From NCBI GenBank assembly GCA_044222185.1, contig JBGANV010000001.1:1216001-1280000 (forward strand): a DNA stretch of 64,000 nt, given 5' to 3'. Both the position numbers and the translations under genes were made by a program. The first letter of the stretch is position 1. Every line of letters begins with the position of its first letter. The notes beneath the pieces are model-generated. The model was not told the origin of the DNA, did not search any database, and worked only from the letters and a program-made list of their open reading frames with translations. Of the stretch, positions 35,969 to 45,494 are shown one piece after another. Origin of the DNA: Planctomycetota bacterium. GTDB taxonomy: Bacteria; Planctomycetota; GCA-002687715; CAIWVZ01.

Positions 35969-36325
35969 GGCCAAATGCCACGTGCAAACCGGGTGACCCT
36001 TCACACTCGGCGGCTTGGCAGGCAGGTGTTGGCCTCGGGGCGTTCGGAGCCGAGGCCAAAGAGAGCGAGCGGGTGCGCCGGGTGGCCATTGGCATCTTCG
36101 CTTCCAGGGGAATCCGACCTCGCCCGCGTGTGACCGATCCGTGGGACGATCCCCGTCCGAGCGCATCACGCCCGGACTGCACGGGACGAGACCCACGCGA
36201 GCTGTGCGATTGCAACGCCGCAGCTGCCCGACCCTGGCTGCGGTCGCACGATCGCAGATGAACATTCGGCCGGGATCCGAGGACGCGCGGCGTCGAGAGA
36301 CTGGAACTGACAGGAGACCCAACCG

Positions 36326-38923
36326 ATGCGGATGGAAATAGGACGCCTCGGCGCGTACTGCGCCGTGCTGCTTGCGATCGTCATGCTCTCAGCGTGCGGA
36401 GGATCGAACGGTCACGGAACAACGTCACAGATCCTGCGCATCTCGGTTCAGGCCACGGATCAGACGCTCTGGCCGGCCACCGCCGGCATGCCCTGCGTCT
36501 CGAACCTCCCGCTGACGACCGCCTTCGCACTCGACTTCAGCGACGCAGTCGACGCGTCGAGCCTGCCTGCGATCCACGCGGCAGGGCCAGTTTCCATCAC
36601 CCCGGCCCAAGCGGCCAGCGGTGCGGTGCTCGGCACCTTCCACGTGGTCGATGACCCGTCGCGGCCACCTGGGAACCGGGCTCGGGTGATCTTCGCCCCG
36701 CGATATCCGTCGACCCCGAGCAACGTCTGCTCGGGTGGGCTGACAGGCGGGACGACATACGACATCTCGGTCCCGAGCGGTTTGAACGGGAATGCGGTCG
36801 TCACGGTGAGTGGGCGTCCGCTCGAAAACTCGGCACAGGCGTGCTTCACGACCTGCCCCTGCGGCGTCAGCGGCGGCCCGTGCAACCCGATCACGGACCC
36901 CGTCCCCGGCGACGCTCACGTGATCGGCACGCTTCCGGCCACATCCGATCCGGCCCCGCCGGCCATCTCGGCTTGCAGCATCGGCAACGACGTCGTGGTC
37001 GTGCTGATCGACGAGCCGCTCGACCCGGCAACGCTGACGGCAGCGAGCGTCCGCATCCTGGACGTCGCCACGCAGGCCGTGATCCCTGGCACGCTCTACC
37101 TCATGCAGGGCGATCCCTTCGGCGGGACGGCTTCCGCCACGCGCCTCGAGTTCACGGCACGGCACCATCTCGCCGCGGGCCGCACCTTCGAGATCGTCAT
37201 CGGGCCCGAGGTCCGCGACTTCGGCGGCAACCCGATCCAGACGTCCGTCTCGGGTCCCCCTGGCGCGCATCTCTACTTCGCCACGTCGCCCGGCGCCCCG
37301 CTCGCCCAGGCGCCGATCACGGAGTCGTTCGCCGATACCGGCGGGCTGGCGACTCAGTCCGGCAACATCGCGTGGGATGGCTCGGGCACCGCGCACGCGA
37401 CGCTGCCGACGGCCGTGATCGGCGACGGCAGCGACGGGGCATTCGTCGCCAGCGCGAACGTGACACTCGATACGGGCGTGCCAGCGTCGCGGCATGGCGT
37501 GTTCAACTTCACGACGTTCACCGTCGCCGCGGGCGTCACCGTGCGCGTCGTCGGCCCCTATCCCTGCCACATTCGCTGCCAGGGTGACGTGAGCGTCGAC
37601 GGCATCCTCGACGTTCGCGCCGGCACCAGCGCCTCGGCGCCGTTGGGCTCGCCGGACCAGGCGGCGAAGGCCGGCCTCCTGAACAACGGCGGCGGCCTGG
37701 GCTGCGTCGCGGCGGGCGGCGTAGGTGGCGCCGGAGGCGGCGCGGGAGGGGCTGGATCCCCGGGAACTTGCAACGTTCGGGCGGCGACGGGCGAGAATGG
37801 CTACGGCCCGACGATCGACGGCGCCCCCAATCCCGGTGTTCCCGGGAACGCGACGTACGCGGGTGGCGTCGGCGGCGACTCTGGTTGTTTCCCCGTGGTC
37901 AGCGGCTGCACGCTCGGCGACCTCGGCGGCCTCGGTGGCGCTGGCGGGACGGCGGCGACGGTGGGAGCCGACGGACTTCCGCACGTGAACTCCGTTGCAT
38001 GCCCGCTGCAGACGATCCCGACTCAGCAGCCGATCGCGCATGCGTCGCCCGTCGTCGCTTCGTTCATACCTCCCGTCAGCCTGCTGTCTGCAGGCTCCGG
38101 CGGTGGTGGCGGCGGCGATCACACGGAGACGATCCTCACCCCTCCTGCCGCTGATGACCAGGGCGGTGGCGGCGGCGGCGGCGGCGGCGGAATCCGGATC
38201 ACGAGCGGTGGGAACTTCGTCCAGGGTGGGACCGGACGGATCCTCTGCAGTGGCGGATCCGGCAACATCGGGGCGGTGTTCGGGGGTTCTGGCGGTTCCG
38301 GCTCTGGTGGGGAGATCTGGATCCAGGCGCTCGGCAGCGTCTCCTTGGCGACGACCGCGATCCTGGACGTCGACGGACCCCCGCGCCCGGCCGTCGGCGT
38401 GAACATGTTCGGATGTTCGAACCAGGCGTCGGGCGACGGCGGCGACGGACTCGTGCAGATCGAATACGGCGCCGGCACTGCGCCAAGCGGGTTCGTCACG
38501 AACCCGCCCGCGGCATCGAGCCTCGTCGTGCTGTCGGTTCCGACAGCAGCCACGGTCGAGGGCACGGCCTACTCGTCGTTCCGCCATAGCGGTGACTCGC
38601 TTCCCGATTACACGGGAGTCCTCGAGACGGTGAACCTGGGCACGGCCCCGGGCGCCGTCGTCGAGATCACCTACGAGGGCGCGCACGAAGCGATCACGAG
38701 CAGCGCTGCGGCCCCGATCGCCGACCTCACTACGCTGAAGTCGACGGCCACGGGCGGCGGCCCGATCACGGCGTCGAACATCGACGAGTTGGACGGATTC
38801 GCATTCATCCGCTTCAGGGTGAGGATCGCATACGCGTCACCGCCTGCGACGCCAGCCTCGGCGACGCTTCCGTCCGTCGACGAGGTGAGCATCCTTTACG
38901 CCACCTCCATCGCGTGTCCGTGA
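36326..38923 (+). CDS. Surface lipoprotein with two Ig-like (Big_5-type) domains and a Gly-rich region
   Basis: Lipobox 'LSAC', 'DFSDAVDASSL', 'IDEPLDPATL..VRDFGGNP', poly-Gly tracts. SD AGGAG. Confidence 0.8.
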   Translation: MRMEIGRLGAYCAVLLAIVMLSACGGSNGHGTTSQILRISVQATDQTLWPATAGMPCVSNLPLTTAFALDFSDAVDASSLPAIHAAGPVSITPAQAASGAVLGTFHVVDDPSRPPGNRARVIFAPRYPSTPSNVCSGGLTGGTTYDISVPSGLNGNAVVTVSGRPLENSAQACFTTCPCGVSGGPCNPITDPVPGDAHVIGTLPATSDPAPPAISACSIGNDVVVVLIDEPLDPATLTAASVRILDVATQAVIPGTLYLMQGDPFGGTASATRLEFTARHHLAAGRTFEIVIGPEVRDFGGNPIQTSVSGPPGAHLYFATSPGAPLAQAPITESFADTGGLATQSGNIAWDGSGTAHATLPTAVIGDGSDGAFVASANVTLDTGVPASRHGVFNFTTFTVAAGVTVRVVGPYPCHIRCQGDVSVDGILDVRAGTSASAPLGSPDQAAKAGLLNNGGGLGCVAAGGVGGAGGGAGGAGSPGTCNVRAATGENGYGPTIDGAPNPGVPGNATYAGGVGGDSGCFPVVSGCTLGDLGGLGGAGGTAATVGADGLPHVNSVACPLQTIPTQQPIAHASPVVASFIPPVSLLSAGSGGGGGGDHTETILTPPAADDQGGGGGGGGGGIRITSGGNFVQGGTGRILCSGGSGNIGAVFGGSGGSGSGGEIWIQALGSVSLATTAILDVDGPPRPAVGVNMFGCSNQASGDGGDGLVQIEYGAGTAPSGFVTNPPAASSLVVLSVPTAATVEGTAYSSFRHSGDSLPDYTGVLETVNLGTAPGAVVEITYEGAHEAITSSAAAPIADLTTLKSTATGGGPITASNIDELDGFAFIRFRVRIAYASPPATPASATLPSVDEVSILYATSIACP

Positions 38924-38932
38924 GACCGATGG

Positions 38933-38965
38933 GTCCGCCCGTGGGTCGCCTCGGCGACCCCGGAC
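38933..38965. terminator. Hairpin between convergent genes
   Basis: GGGTCGCC-tc-GGCGACCC extended by GTCCG/CGGAC; no clear U tract. Confidence 0.45.
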
Positions 38966-38978
38966 GGTGCCGGCGCTT

Positions 38979-41048
38979 TCACCCCTTCTTCGGACCGCCC
39001 AGGTGCTCCTGGATCGCCCGCCACATCAGCCGGTGCATGTGCTGGTATTGGGCCTGGCTGCCGACGCCGTGGCGGGACTTCGGATAGAGCATCATCTCGA
39101 AGTCCTTGCCCCGGCGTTCGAGCTCGTAGACGAATCGAATCGTGTTCTGAAGGTGAACGTTGTCATCCATCGTGCCGTGCAGGAGCACGAGGTGGCCCTT
39201 CAGGTTCTTGGCGGCGTTCAGGCACGAGGTCTTCTCGTAGCCTTCCTTGTTCGCCTGTGGGCGATCCATGTACCGCTCGGTGTAGATCGTGTCGTAGAGC
39301 CGCCAGTCGTAGACGCCGGCGCCGGCAATCCCGAGAGCGAAAGCCTCGCTGTGCGTGAGGGCGAACGCGGTCATGAATCCGCCGTAGCTCCAGCCCGTGA
39401 TGCCGACTCGCTTGGCATCCGCCCACGGGTTCTTGCACAGCCAGGCGATTGCGTCCTCGAGGTCCTGCAGCTCCTGGATGCCGAACTGCTTGTAGCAGCT
39501 CGCCGTGTACGACTGCCCCTTGCCGCTGGCCGATCGCACGTTCACCTGGAACACGATGTAGCCCTGCTGCGCGAGGAACTGCTCCCACGGTGAGGGACCC
39601 CACCGGTTCGTGACACTCGGCGTGTCGGGCCCCGAGTACGTATCGATCCAGATCGCGTGCTTCGCGTCCTTGTCCATGTCCGGTGGCTTCGTGACCACCG
39701 CGTCGAGCATCACGCCATCACGGGTCGGAATCTCGACGAGCTCGGTCGTCGCGAATGCCGATTGTTCGATCCCCGGGACGGTCGCCTTCGCCAGGACCTT
39801 CACGACGCTCCCATCGTCTCGACACAGCCGTTGCTCGGGCGGCGCGCTCACGGAGGAGACCGTGTCCAGGAAGTACGTGCCGTCCCCGTTCAGCGTCGTG
39901 CGGTGGGACCCCCGTCCCTGCGTCATGCGAACGACGTCGCCGCCGGCGAGGGGAACGCGATAGAGGTTCGAATCCACGGCGCCGTCCTTCGTCGAGGTGA
40001 AGAAGATCATCGCCTTCTTCTCGTCGACCCTCACGACGTCCTTCACGGCCCATTCGCCCTTCGTGATCGTGGTTCGAAGCGTGCCGTCCGCGTCGTAGTG
40101 ATAGAGGTGGCGGAATCCCGTGCGATCGCTCTGCCAGAGGAACGAGCCGTCCTGGAGCCACTGGGGTTCCTCGATCACTTCGACCCAGCTCTTGCTGGTC
40201 TCGCGGAACAGCGCCTTGACCGCGCCGCTCTCCGGGTCGACGGAAGCCAGGTCCAACCAGGTCTGAATGCGATTCTGGATCTGGACCAGCGCTCGCTTGC
40301 CATCGGGCGTCCATCCGACGCGGACGAGGAGGATGTCCGGCTCGTACGCCGAGAGGTCGGCCCAGATCGTCTTCTTGGACGCGACGTCGTAGATGCCGAG
40401 TTTGGCCGTCGGGTTCGGGTCACCGGCCTTCGGGTACTTCGTCGTCTCGAGCTTCACGGTGCGATCGGTATCGAGCGACGCCGGCACGTGATCGACGACG
40501 GTGAAATCCTTCACCTCGGCCTCGTCCAAGCGGAGGAACGTGAGCCGGGTCGAGTCAGGCGACCACCAGAACGCCTTGAACTTGCCCCGCCCGTAGACTT
40601 CCTCCTGATAGACCCAGTCGAGGTATCCGTTGAAAACCGCCGGGCCGCCGTCGGTCGTCACCGGGACGTCCTTGCCGTCCGGGCCGGCGAGGATCAGGTT
40701 GTTCTCTCGGATGTACGCTTCGAGTTTCCCGTCGGCGCTCCGCTCGGCCAGCAGCCGATCGGACGCCTCGGGACGGCTCGCCGGAGCCGGAGCCGCATCG
40801 GTGCCTGGTTCGCCAGTCTTCCCGGTCGCGGGATCGAGCCAGAGCGTCTTGCCGCCCTCCTTCACGACGACGTGCACGCCGTCGGCGGCCCAGCGCGCGC
40901 CCGACAGACGACCCGCGAAACTCGGCGCCGGAGCGACGCCGATCGCCTGATCGAAGCTGAGCTTCGGGCGGTCCTGCGCGAGGAGCGGCGCCACGACCGC
41001 CGCAACGATCAGCACACCGTTCAGAAGACGTGAACACGAAGTCCGCAT
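38979..41048 (-). CDS. S9B dipeptidyl-peptidase IV family protein, exported
   Basis: 'DWVYQEE', 'YPKAGDPNP', catalytic 'GWSYGG', 'DDNVH', 'RHG'; signal peptide. Confidence 0.95.
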   Translation of the reverse strand: MRTSCSRLLNGVLIVAAVVAPLLAQDRPKLSFDQAIGVAPAPSFAGRLSGARWAADGVHVVVKEGGKTLWLDPATGKTGEPGTDAAPAPASRPEASDRLLAERSADGKLEAYIRENNLILAGPDGKDVPVTTDGGPAVFNGYLDWVYQEEVYGRGKFKAFWWSPDSTRLTFLRLDEAEVKDFTVVDHVPASLDTDRTVKLETTKYPKAGDPNPTAKLGIYDVASKKTIWADLSAYEPDILLVRVGWTPDGKRALVQIQNRIQTWLDLASVDPESGAVKALFRETSKSWVEVIEEPQWLQDGSFLWQSDRTGFRHLYHYDADGTLRTTITKGEWAVKDVVRVDEKKAMIFFTSTKDGAVDSNLYRVPLAGGDVVRMTQGRGSHRTTLNGDGTYFLDTVSSVSAPPEQRLCRDDGSVVKVLAKATVPGIEQSAFATTELVEIPTRDGVMLDAVVTKPPDMDKDAKHAIWIDTYSGPDTPSVTNRWGPSPWEQFLAQQGYIVFQVNVRSASGKGQSYTASCYKQFGIQELQDLEDAIAWLCKNPWADAKRVGITGWSYGGFMTAFALTHSEAFALGIAGAGVYDWRLYDTIYTERYMDRPQANKEGYEKTSCLNAAKNLKGHLVLLHGTMDDNVHLQNTIRFVYELERRGKDFEMMLYPKSRHGVGSQAQYQHMHRLMWRAIQEHLGGPKKG

Positions 41049-41108
41049 GCGATTCCTTTCGTCAGCTCCAGGTGTGACGGATTCGATGCCGAGTGGGCTC
41101 CCTCGTCA

Positions 41109-41621
41109 TCAGTCGGGATTGGAACGCGCCATGTGCGGCCGTACGGCCGCCAGGGTGTCCGAAATGGCTTCGAGCCATCGTTCGTCGCTTGCGCACCAAC
41201 GCTCCAGCAACGAGGAGAGGACGCCGTGCCGCTCGGCTGACACGGTCGATTCGGCGCCAGCCGCCGACGCCACGGGCCCTGCGATGAGCTCTATCGACTG
41301 GGAACGGAAGTGGCGAAAACGCGCCACGAGCTCCACCAGGTCACGGAACGACACGTCCAATGCCGGTGACGGTTCGGGAGCGACGAACGATGCCCCCTCG
41401 CCGGTTCCGACGACGTGACGAGCCTCGCGCCCGAACGTCTCGCGCTCGAGCGTACCCAGATCGGCGACGAGGCGCCTGATGCTCGGCCGTCCCGCAGGCG
41501 GTGTGATCAGGGACCACGCCTCCCTGCACTCCTTCAAGACCAGCTCGACCCGGTCCGGAGCCGCCTCGAGACGCCGCAGGCAACGCTTCAATCCCGCGGC
41601 CGGTGTGCCGCCGTCGACCAT
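41109..41621 (-). CDS. Hypothetical protein, possibly a degenerate DinB-like four-helix bundle
   Basis: 'PSIRRLVADL...LVARFRHFRSQSIELI...DERWLEAI'. Start lies 4 nt after the acyl-CoA dehydrogenase stop. Confidence 0.5.
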   Translation of the reverse strand: MVDGGTPAAGLKRCLRRLEAAPDRVELVLKECREAWSLITPPAGRPSIRRLVADLGTLERETFGREARHVVGTGEGASFVAPEPSPALDVSFRDLVELVARFRHFRSQSIELIAGPVASAAGAESTVSAERHGVLSSLLERWCASDERWLEAISDTLAAVRPHMARSNPD

Positions 41622-41625
41622 CGTA

Positions 41626-42819
41626 CTACTGCAGGAGCGTCGCGATGTCCGGGAGCAGCGAGCGCGACACCTGACTCATCAGGGCGCGGTTGCTCCCCTC
41701 GCCGACGCGGGTGACGAAGAGATCGTTGTGATGGCGAATCAACCCGAACTCGTCGAGGCAGGCGACGCCGCCGCAGATTTCCATGGCCTCGACGATGAGG
41801 TGGGACGCGCGTCGCGAACATTCGATCTTGATCTTCGCGGCCTGCTCGCGGCTGATCTGCCCCGAGTCGTAGAGGTTCAGGAGACGCACGAGCCACGTCA
41901 CGGACTGCTCGACAGCGATGTCGAGGTCCAGGATGACGTCCTGCACCCGCTGGAATCGGCCGATGGGCTTGTCGTCGAACTGAACGCGCTCGGAGGCATA
42001 GACGCGGCACTTGTCGAGCGCGAAGGCCATGGACGCGACCGCGAGCCCCGCGATGAAGAGTCGCCCGCCGGTGAGCGTCTCCCCCATGACGCGGAACCCG
42101 TCGTTCTCGCGACCGACGATCGTCTCGTCGCCGACCTCGACGTCGTTGAACGCGATGGACCCGGTGGACGATTGCTGCCAGACCATCTTGCCGCCCATCT
42201 CGTTGTAGGCGACGCCGCGCGCGTCCATGGGAACGAGGAAACAGGTGGAGCGGTGTCCCCGTTTGCCGTCGGGGTTCGTGAGCGCGTGCACGATGACGTG
42301 ACTCGCCCACCGCGCATTGGTCGACCAGCACTTCTCCCCACGGATGACCCAGCGATCCCCGCGTCGGTGTGCCGACACCTCCGGGTTCGCCGCGTCCGAC
42401 CCGCGCCCCGGCTCGGAAAGGCCGAAGACGAACATGCGCTTGCCGGTCGCGAGGTCCGGCAGGTGACGCCGCTTCTGCTCCTCGCTTCCCCAAAGCTGAA
42501 TGGGTTTGCTCCCGAGCGACGTTGCGGCTCCGGGCGTGATCGCCACCGAGTGGCTGTGGTACCCGAGCGCGAGGCCCATGAGCACCAGCTCCAGCTGTCC
42601 GCCGCCTTGACCGCCGTACTCGGTTTCGATCGGGAGTCCGAAGAGCCCCAGCTCTCCCATGCGTCCGATCACGTCCCCGGGAACGTGCTCGTGGTTGCGC
42701 TCCCACTTCAGGATCTGGGGAGCTACTTCCTGATCCGCGAAGTCGGCGACGCCGCGGTAGAACGCGAACCGGTCTTCGTCGAGAAGCTGCTGAAGATAGG
42801 TGTCGATGCGCCGCTGCAT
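41626..42819 (-). CDS. Acyl-CoA dehydrogenase
   Basis: 'FGLSEPGRGSDA', 'GEKCWSTNA', 'RVQFDDKPIGRFQRVQ', 'GEGSN'. Confidence 0.93.
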   Translation of the reverse strand: MQRRIDTYLQQLLDEDRFAFYRGVADFADQEVAPQILKWERNHEHVPGDVIGRMGELGLFGLPIETEYGGQGGGQLELVLMGLALGYHSHSVAITPGAATSLGSKPIQLWGSEEQKRRHLPDLATGKRMFVFGLSEPGRGSDAANPEVSAHRRGDRWVIRGEKCWSTNARWASHVIVHALTNPDGKRGHRSTCFLVPMDARGVAYNEMGGKMVWQQSSTGSIAFNDVEVGDETIVGRENDGFRVMGETLTGGRLFIAGLAVASMAFALDKCRVYASERVQFDDKPIGRFQRVQDVILDLDIAVEQSVTWLVRLLNLYDSGQISREQAAKIKIECSRRASHLIVEAMEICGGVACLDEFGLIRHHNDLFVTRVGEGSNRALMSQVSRSLLPDIATLLQ

Positions 42820-42861
42820 GCGGTGGTCCTTGGCCAAACTGCGTGTCCGGGTCGACACGCG

Positions 42862-42890
42862 TCGACGGGGCGCGAAAAGCGCGGCATAGT
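42862..42890 (+). promoter_or_regulatory. sigma70-like promoter (leaderless) overlapping a divergent -10
   Basis: TCGACG-17-CATAGT with GTG 7 nt later; minus-strand TACTAT overlaps it. Confidence 0.4.
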
Positions 42891-42897
42891 ACGGGCC

Positions 42898-44583
42898 GTG
42901 ACACCCACCCGCAAGAAACCGAAGGCGAGCCGGCGCGCCGCGACGTCCGGCAATCGGCAAGTCGCCGGCGCGATCACCCTCACGTGCTCGATGGCCCTTT
43001 TCCTTTGGACGAGTTGCAGCGTGAACGCCAACAAAAACGCCTGGGATTCCCCCAAGACCGTCGCCGAGGCATCCAGTTACGCGCGCACGTCCACGTCCGC
43101 GGACGTCGCGGCCTTCGTCGCGGATTGCGCTGCGCACGATTCTCGCCTCGTGCCGCTCCCCATCGGGAGTTCGACCGAGGGCCGCGACGTCACGCTCGTA
43201 CTCGCGGCCGATCCTCCCGTGAGGACGATCGATGACGCCCGGCGCGACGGCCGCATCGTCGCGCTGGTGATGGCGAACATCCACGCGGGCGAGGTCGAGG
43301 GAAAAGAAGCCGTCCAGGAGATCCTGCGCGAAATCGTCCATGGCGATCACGACGCCTTGCTGCGCGACGTCATCGTCGCCTTCATCCCCAACTACAATCC
43401 CGACGGCAACGATCGGATCGACCGGCGCAACCGCCCCGATCAGGCAGGCCCCATCGAGGGAGTGGGACAACGCCCCAACGGCCAGAATCTTGACCTGAAT
43501 CGCGACTACCTGAAGGCCGAGGCGCCAGAGACCGAAGCCCTGATCCGCACCGTACGCGCACTCGATGCCGCGATCGTCGTCGACCTGCACACGACGGATG
43601 GCTCGTACCACGGCTTCGACCTCACCTACGCGGGTCCGCTCCATCCGGGCACGGATCCCGAGATCCTCGCGTTCGAGCGGCAGACGTTCCTCCCGGCGCT
43701 TCGCCTGGGGATGCGGGCCCGCGGTTTCGCGACGTTCGACTACGGCAACTGGCTCGACGAGGACAAGCCTGGCTCGGGCTGGGTGACGTTCGAGCACAAG
43801 CCGCGGTTTGGGAACTCCTACTTCGGCCTGCGCAACCGCCTCACGCTCCTGTCGGAGGCCTACAGCCACGACGTCTTCGAGAAGCGGATCGCATCCACGA
43901 AGGCTCTGGTACTCGAAGGGCTGACGATCGTCGCCGAGCGGCGAGGGCGGATTCGCGAGTTGATCGCTGGGGCCGACGCCCGAGCGGCGCGCTTGTCGGC
44001 AGACGGCGCCCGCCTCCCGACGACCGCCGAAGTCGCGCAGTCGGATCCGGCGGGCTGGATCCCCGTTGGCTCCGTTCGCGAGGAGAAGGATCCGGTCACC
44101 GGGCTCGTGCGGCAGTTCGACACCGACGTCGCGACACCGGTGCGCATGCCCGTCTTCGCCTGGTTCGACGGCGTCCGCCACCGCTCCGTTCCACCGGCCT
44201 GGGTGATCGAATCGCCGTCCGGTGCGCTCCTGCGGGTCCTGGAAATCCACGGGATCGCACACTCCCGCCTTCCCGCAGAAACCGAATGCGACGTCCGCGT
44301 TTTCCAAATCACGAAGGAAGAGATCGAGCCCCGGCCGTTCCAGGGCCATCGCCTCGCGACATTCCACGGCTCGGATCGGGTGACGAAACGGAGGCTTCCC
44401 GTGGGAGCGCTCGTCATCCCTTCGGATCAGCCGCTGGCACGCCTCTGCTTCACTCTCCTCGAACCCGAGTCCGATGATGGATTGGGGACGTGGGGCATCC
44501 TCGGCGCAACCGCAGACGCGGACGGCACGCGGCCGTTCGCAGTCATGCGCTGCGTGGATGAGAGACTCGCGACGACGCGCTGA
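42898..44583 (+). CDS. M14 zinc carboxypeptidase
   Basis: 'NIHAGEVEG', 'NPDG', 'DLNRD', 'DLH'. Start approximate. Confidence 0.9.
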   Translation: MTPTRKKPKASRRAATSGNRQVAGAITLTCSMALFLWTSCSVNANKNAWDSPKTVAEASSYARTSTSADVAAFVADCAAHDSRLVPLPIGSSTEGRDVTLVLAADPPVRTIDDARRDGRIVALVMANIHAGEVEGKEAVQEILREIVHGDHDALLRDVIVAFIPNYNPDGNDRIDRRNRPDQAGPIEGVGQRPNGQNLDLNRDYLKAEAPETEALIRTVRALDAAIVVDLHTTDGSYHGFDLTYAGPLHPGTDPEILAFERQTFLPALRLGMRARGFATFDYGNWLDEDKPGSGWVTFEHKPRFGNSYFGLRNRLTLLSEAYSHDVFEKRIASTKALVLEGLTIVAERRGRIRELIAGADARAARLSADGARLPTTAEVAQSDPAGWIPVGSVREEKDPVTGLVRQFDTDVATPVRMPVFAWFDGVRHRSVPPAWVIESPSGALLRVLEIHGIAHSRLPAETECDVRVFQITKEEIEPRPFQGHRLATFHGSDRVTKRRLPVGALVIPSDQPLARLCFTLLEPESDDGLGTWGILGATADADGTRPFAVMRCVDERLATTR

Positions 44584-44682
44584 TCGCGGAACGAATCCCC
44601 GTGCACGTCAATCCAATGGACCGGATTCGCGTATAAGTCAGCGACTCGGTGGGCGCGCGGAGGCGCGATCGAGGGACCCACG

Positions 44683-45408
44683 ATGGGCCACAAGACGATC
44701 ATCATCATCGGCGAGCACGAACCGGGCTTCCCGGCCCATGAGCGGCTGCGCGACGCCGTTCGCCACGCCTCGTCCGCCCTCGACGTCGTCGTCAACACCC
44801 GGTGGTACACGAACGACGAACTGGCACGCCGTCCTGGGCTCGTCGAGGATGGATCCGCCATCATCGTCGCGCCGCGGGGTTCCCGCCCGACCCGGGTCCT
44901 GCCGGCCGCCGTGATCGCAGCCCTCAAGACCGCGCGGGAACACGACACGCCGACCCTCGCGACCGGCGACGGCCAGGAGCTGAGCCTGATCGAGTTCGGC
45001 CGCAACGTCGCCGGGATCCCGGGCGCGGCCAGCGCGTTCTACGACGAGGACGCAAAGGATCCGATCGTCAAGGAAGTGATGCTCCGTGACGGGGCAGACC
45101 GAATCGCCGGCACCCTGGACCTCGAAGTCCGCGCCGACCCCGTGCTCTCGCCGTGGCTTCCGCCCGTCAGGCGGGAGGAGCAGGTGGACCTCACCCACGT
45201 CCTCAATCCGGACTACGTGCCGGTGTTGGAAGAGGCCGGTCTGCACCTGGCGGGAACCGATGCGGTCACCGGACGGCCGTTTCTGCTGACGTTCCCGGCG
45301 AACCGCTGGCACGTCGCAGCGGCTTTCCTCCCGCAGCTGCGAACGTCCGAGCGGGAACCTCACCCGTTGTTCGTGGGCCTCCTCAGCCACGCCACCGGGC
45401 TCGTCTGA
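44683..45408 (+). CDS. CTP-synthase GATase-like protein, catalytically degenerate
   Basis: Resembles short PyrG-like proteins ('AREHDTPTLAT.DGQELSLIEFGRNVAGI', 'LNPDYV..LE'), but Cys and His-Pro-Glu are absent. Confidence 0.7.
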   Translation: MGHKTIIIIGEHEPGFPAHERLRDAVRHASSALDVVVNTRWYTNDELARRPGLVEDGSAIIVAPRGSRPTRVLPAAVIAALKTAREHDTPTLATGDGQELSLIEFGRNVAGIPGAASAFYDEDAKDPIVKEVMLRDGADRIAGTLDLEVRADPVLSPWLPPVRREEQVDLTHVLNPDYVPVLEEAGLHLAGTDAVTGRPFLLTFPANRWHVAAAFLPQLRTSEREPHPLFVGLLSHATGLV

Positions 45409-45494
45409 GTGTCCGATCGAGGACGAGATCACGACCAGGGGGCGGCTATCATCCCCGCCTCCCCGACCACGAGTCTGGACGAAGGACCACCCGT

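Noticed and set aside
35981-36060. c-di-GMP-I riboswitch suggested by GCAAACC
   Set aside because: GNRA loop, receptor and P1 consensus are missing.
24316-36322. Series of long minus-strand ORFs opposite the ExbBD cluster
   Set aside because: In-register antisense frames produced by strong codon bias of the real genes.
41479-44583. Apparent 1034-aa (+) and 913-aa (-) fully overlapping gene pair
   Set aside because: Each is a real gene (M14 from ~42898; acyl-CoA dehydrogenase from 42819) extended by the antisense shadow of the other; they are simply divergent.
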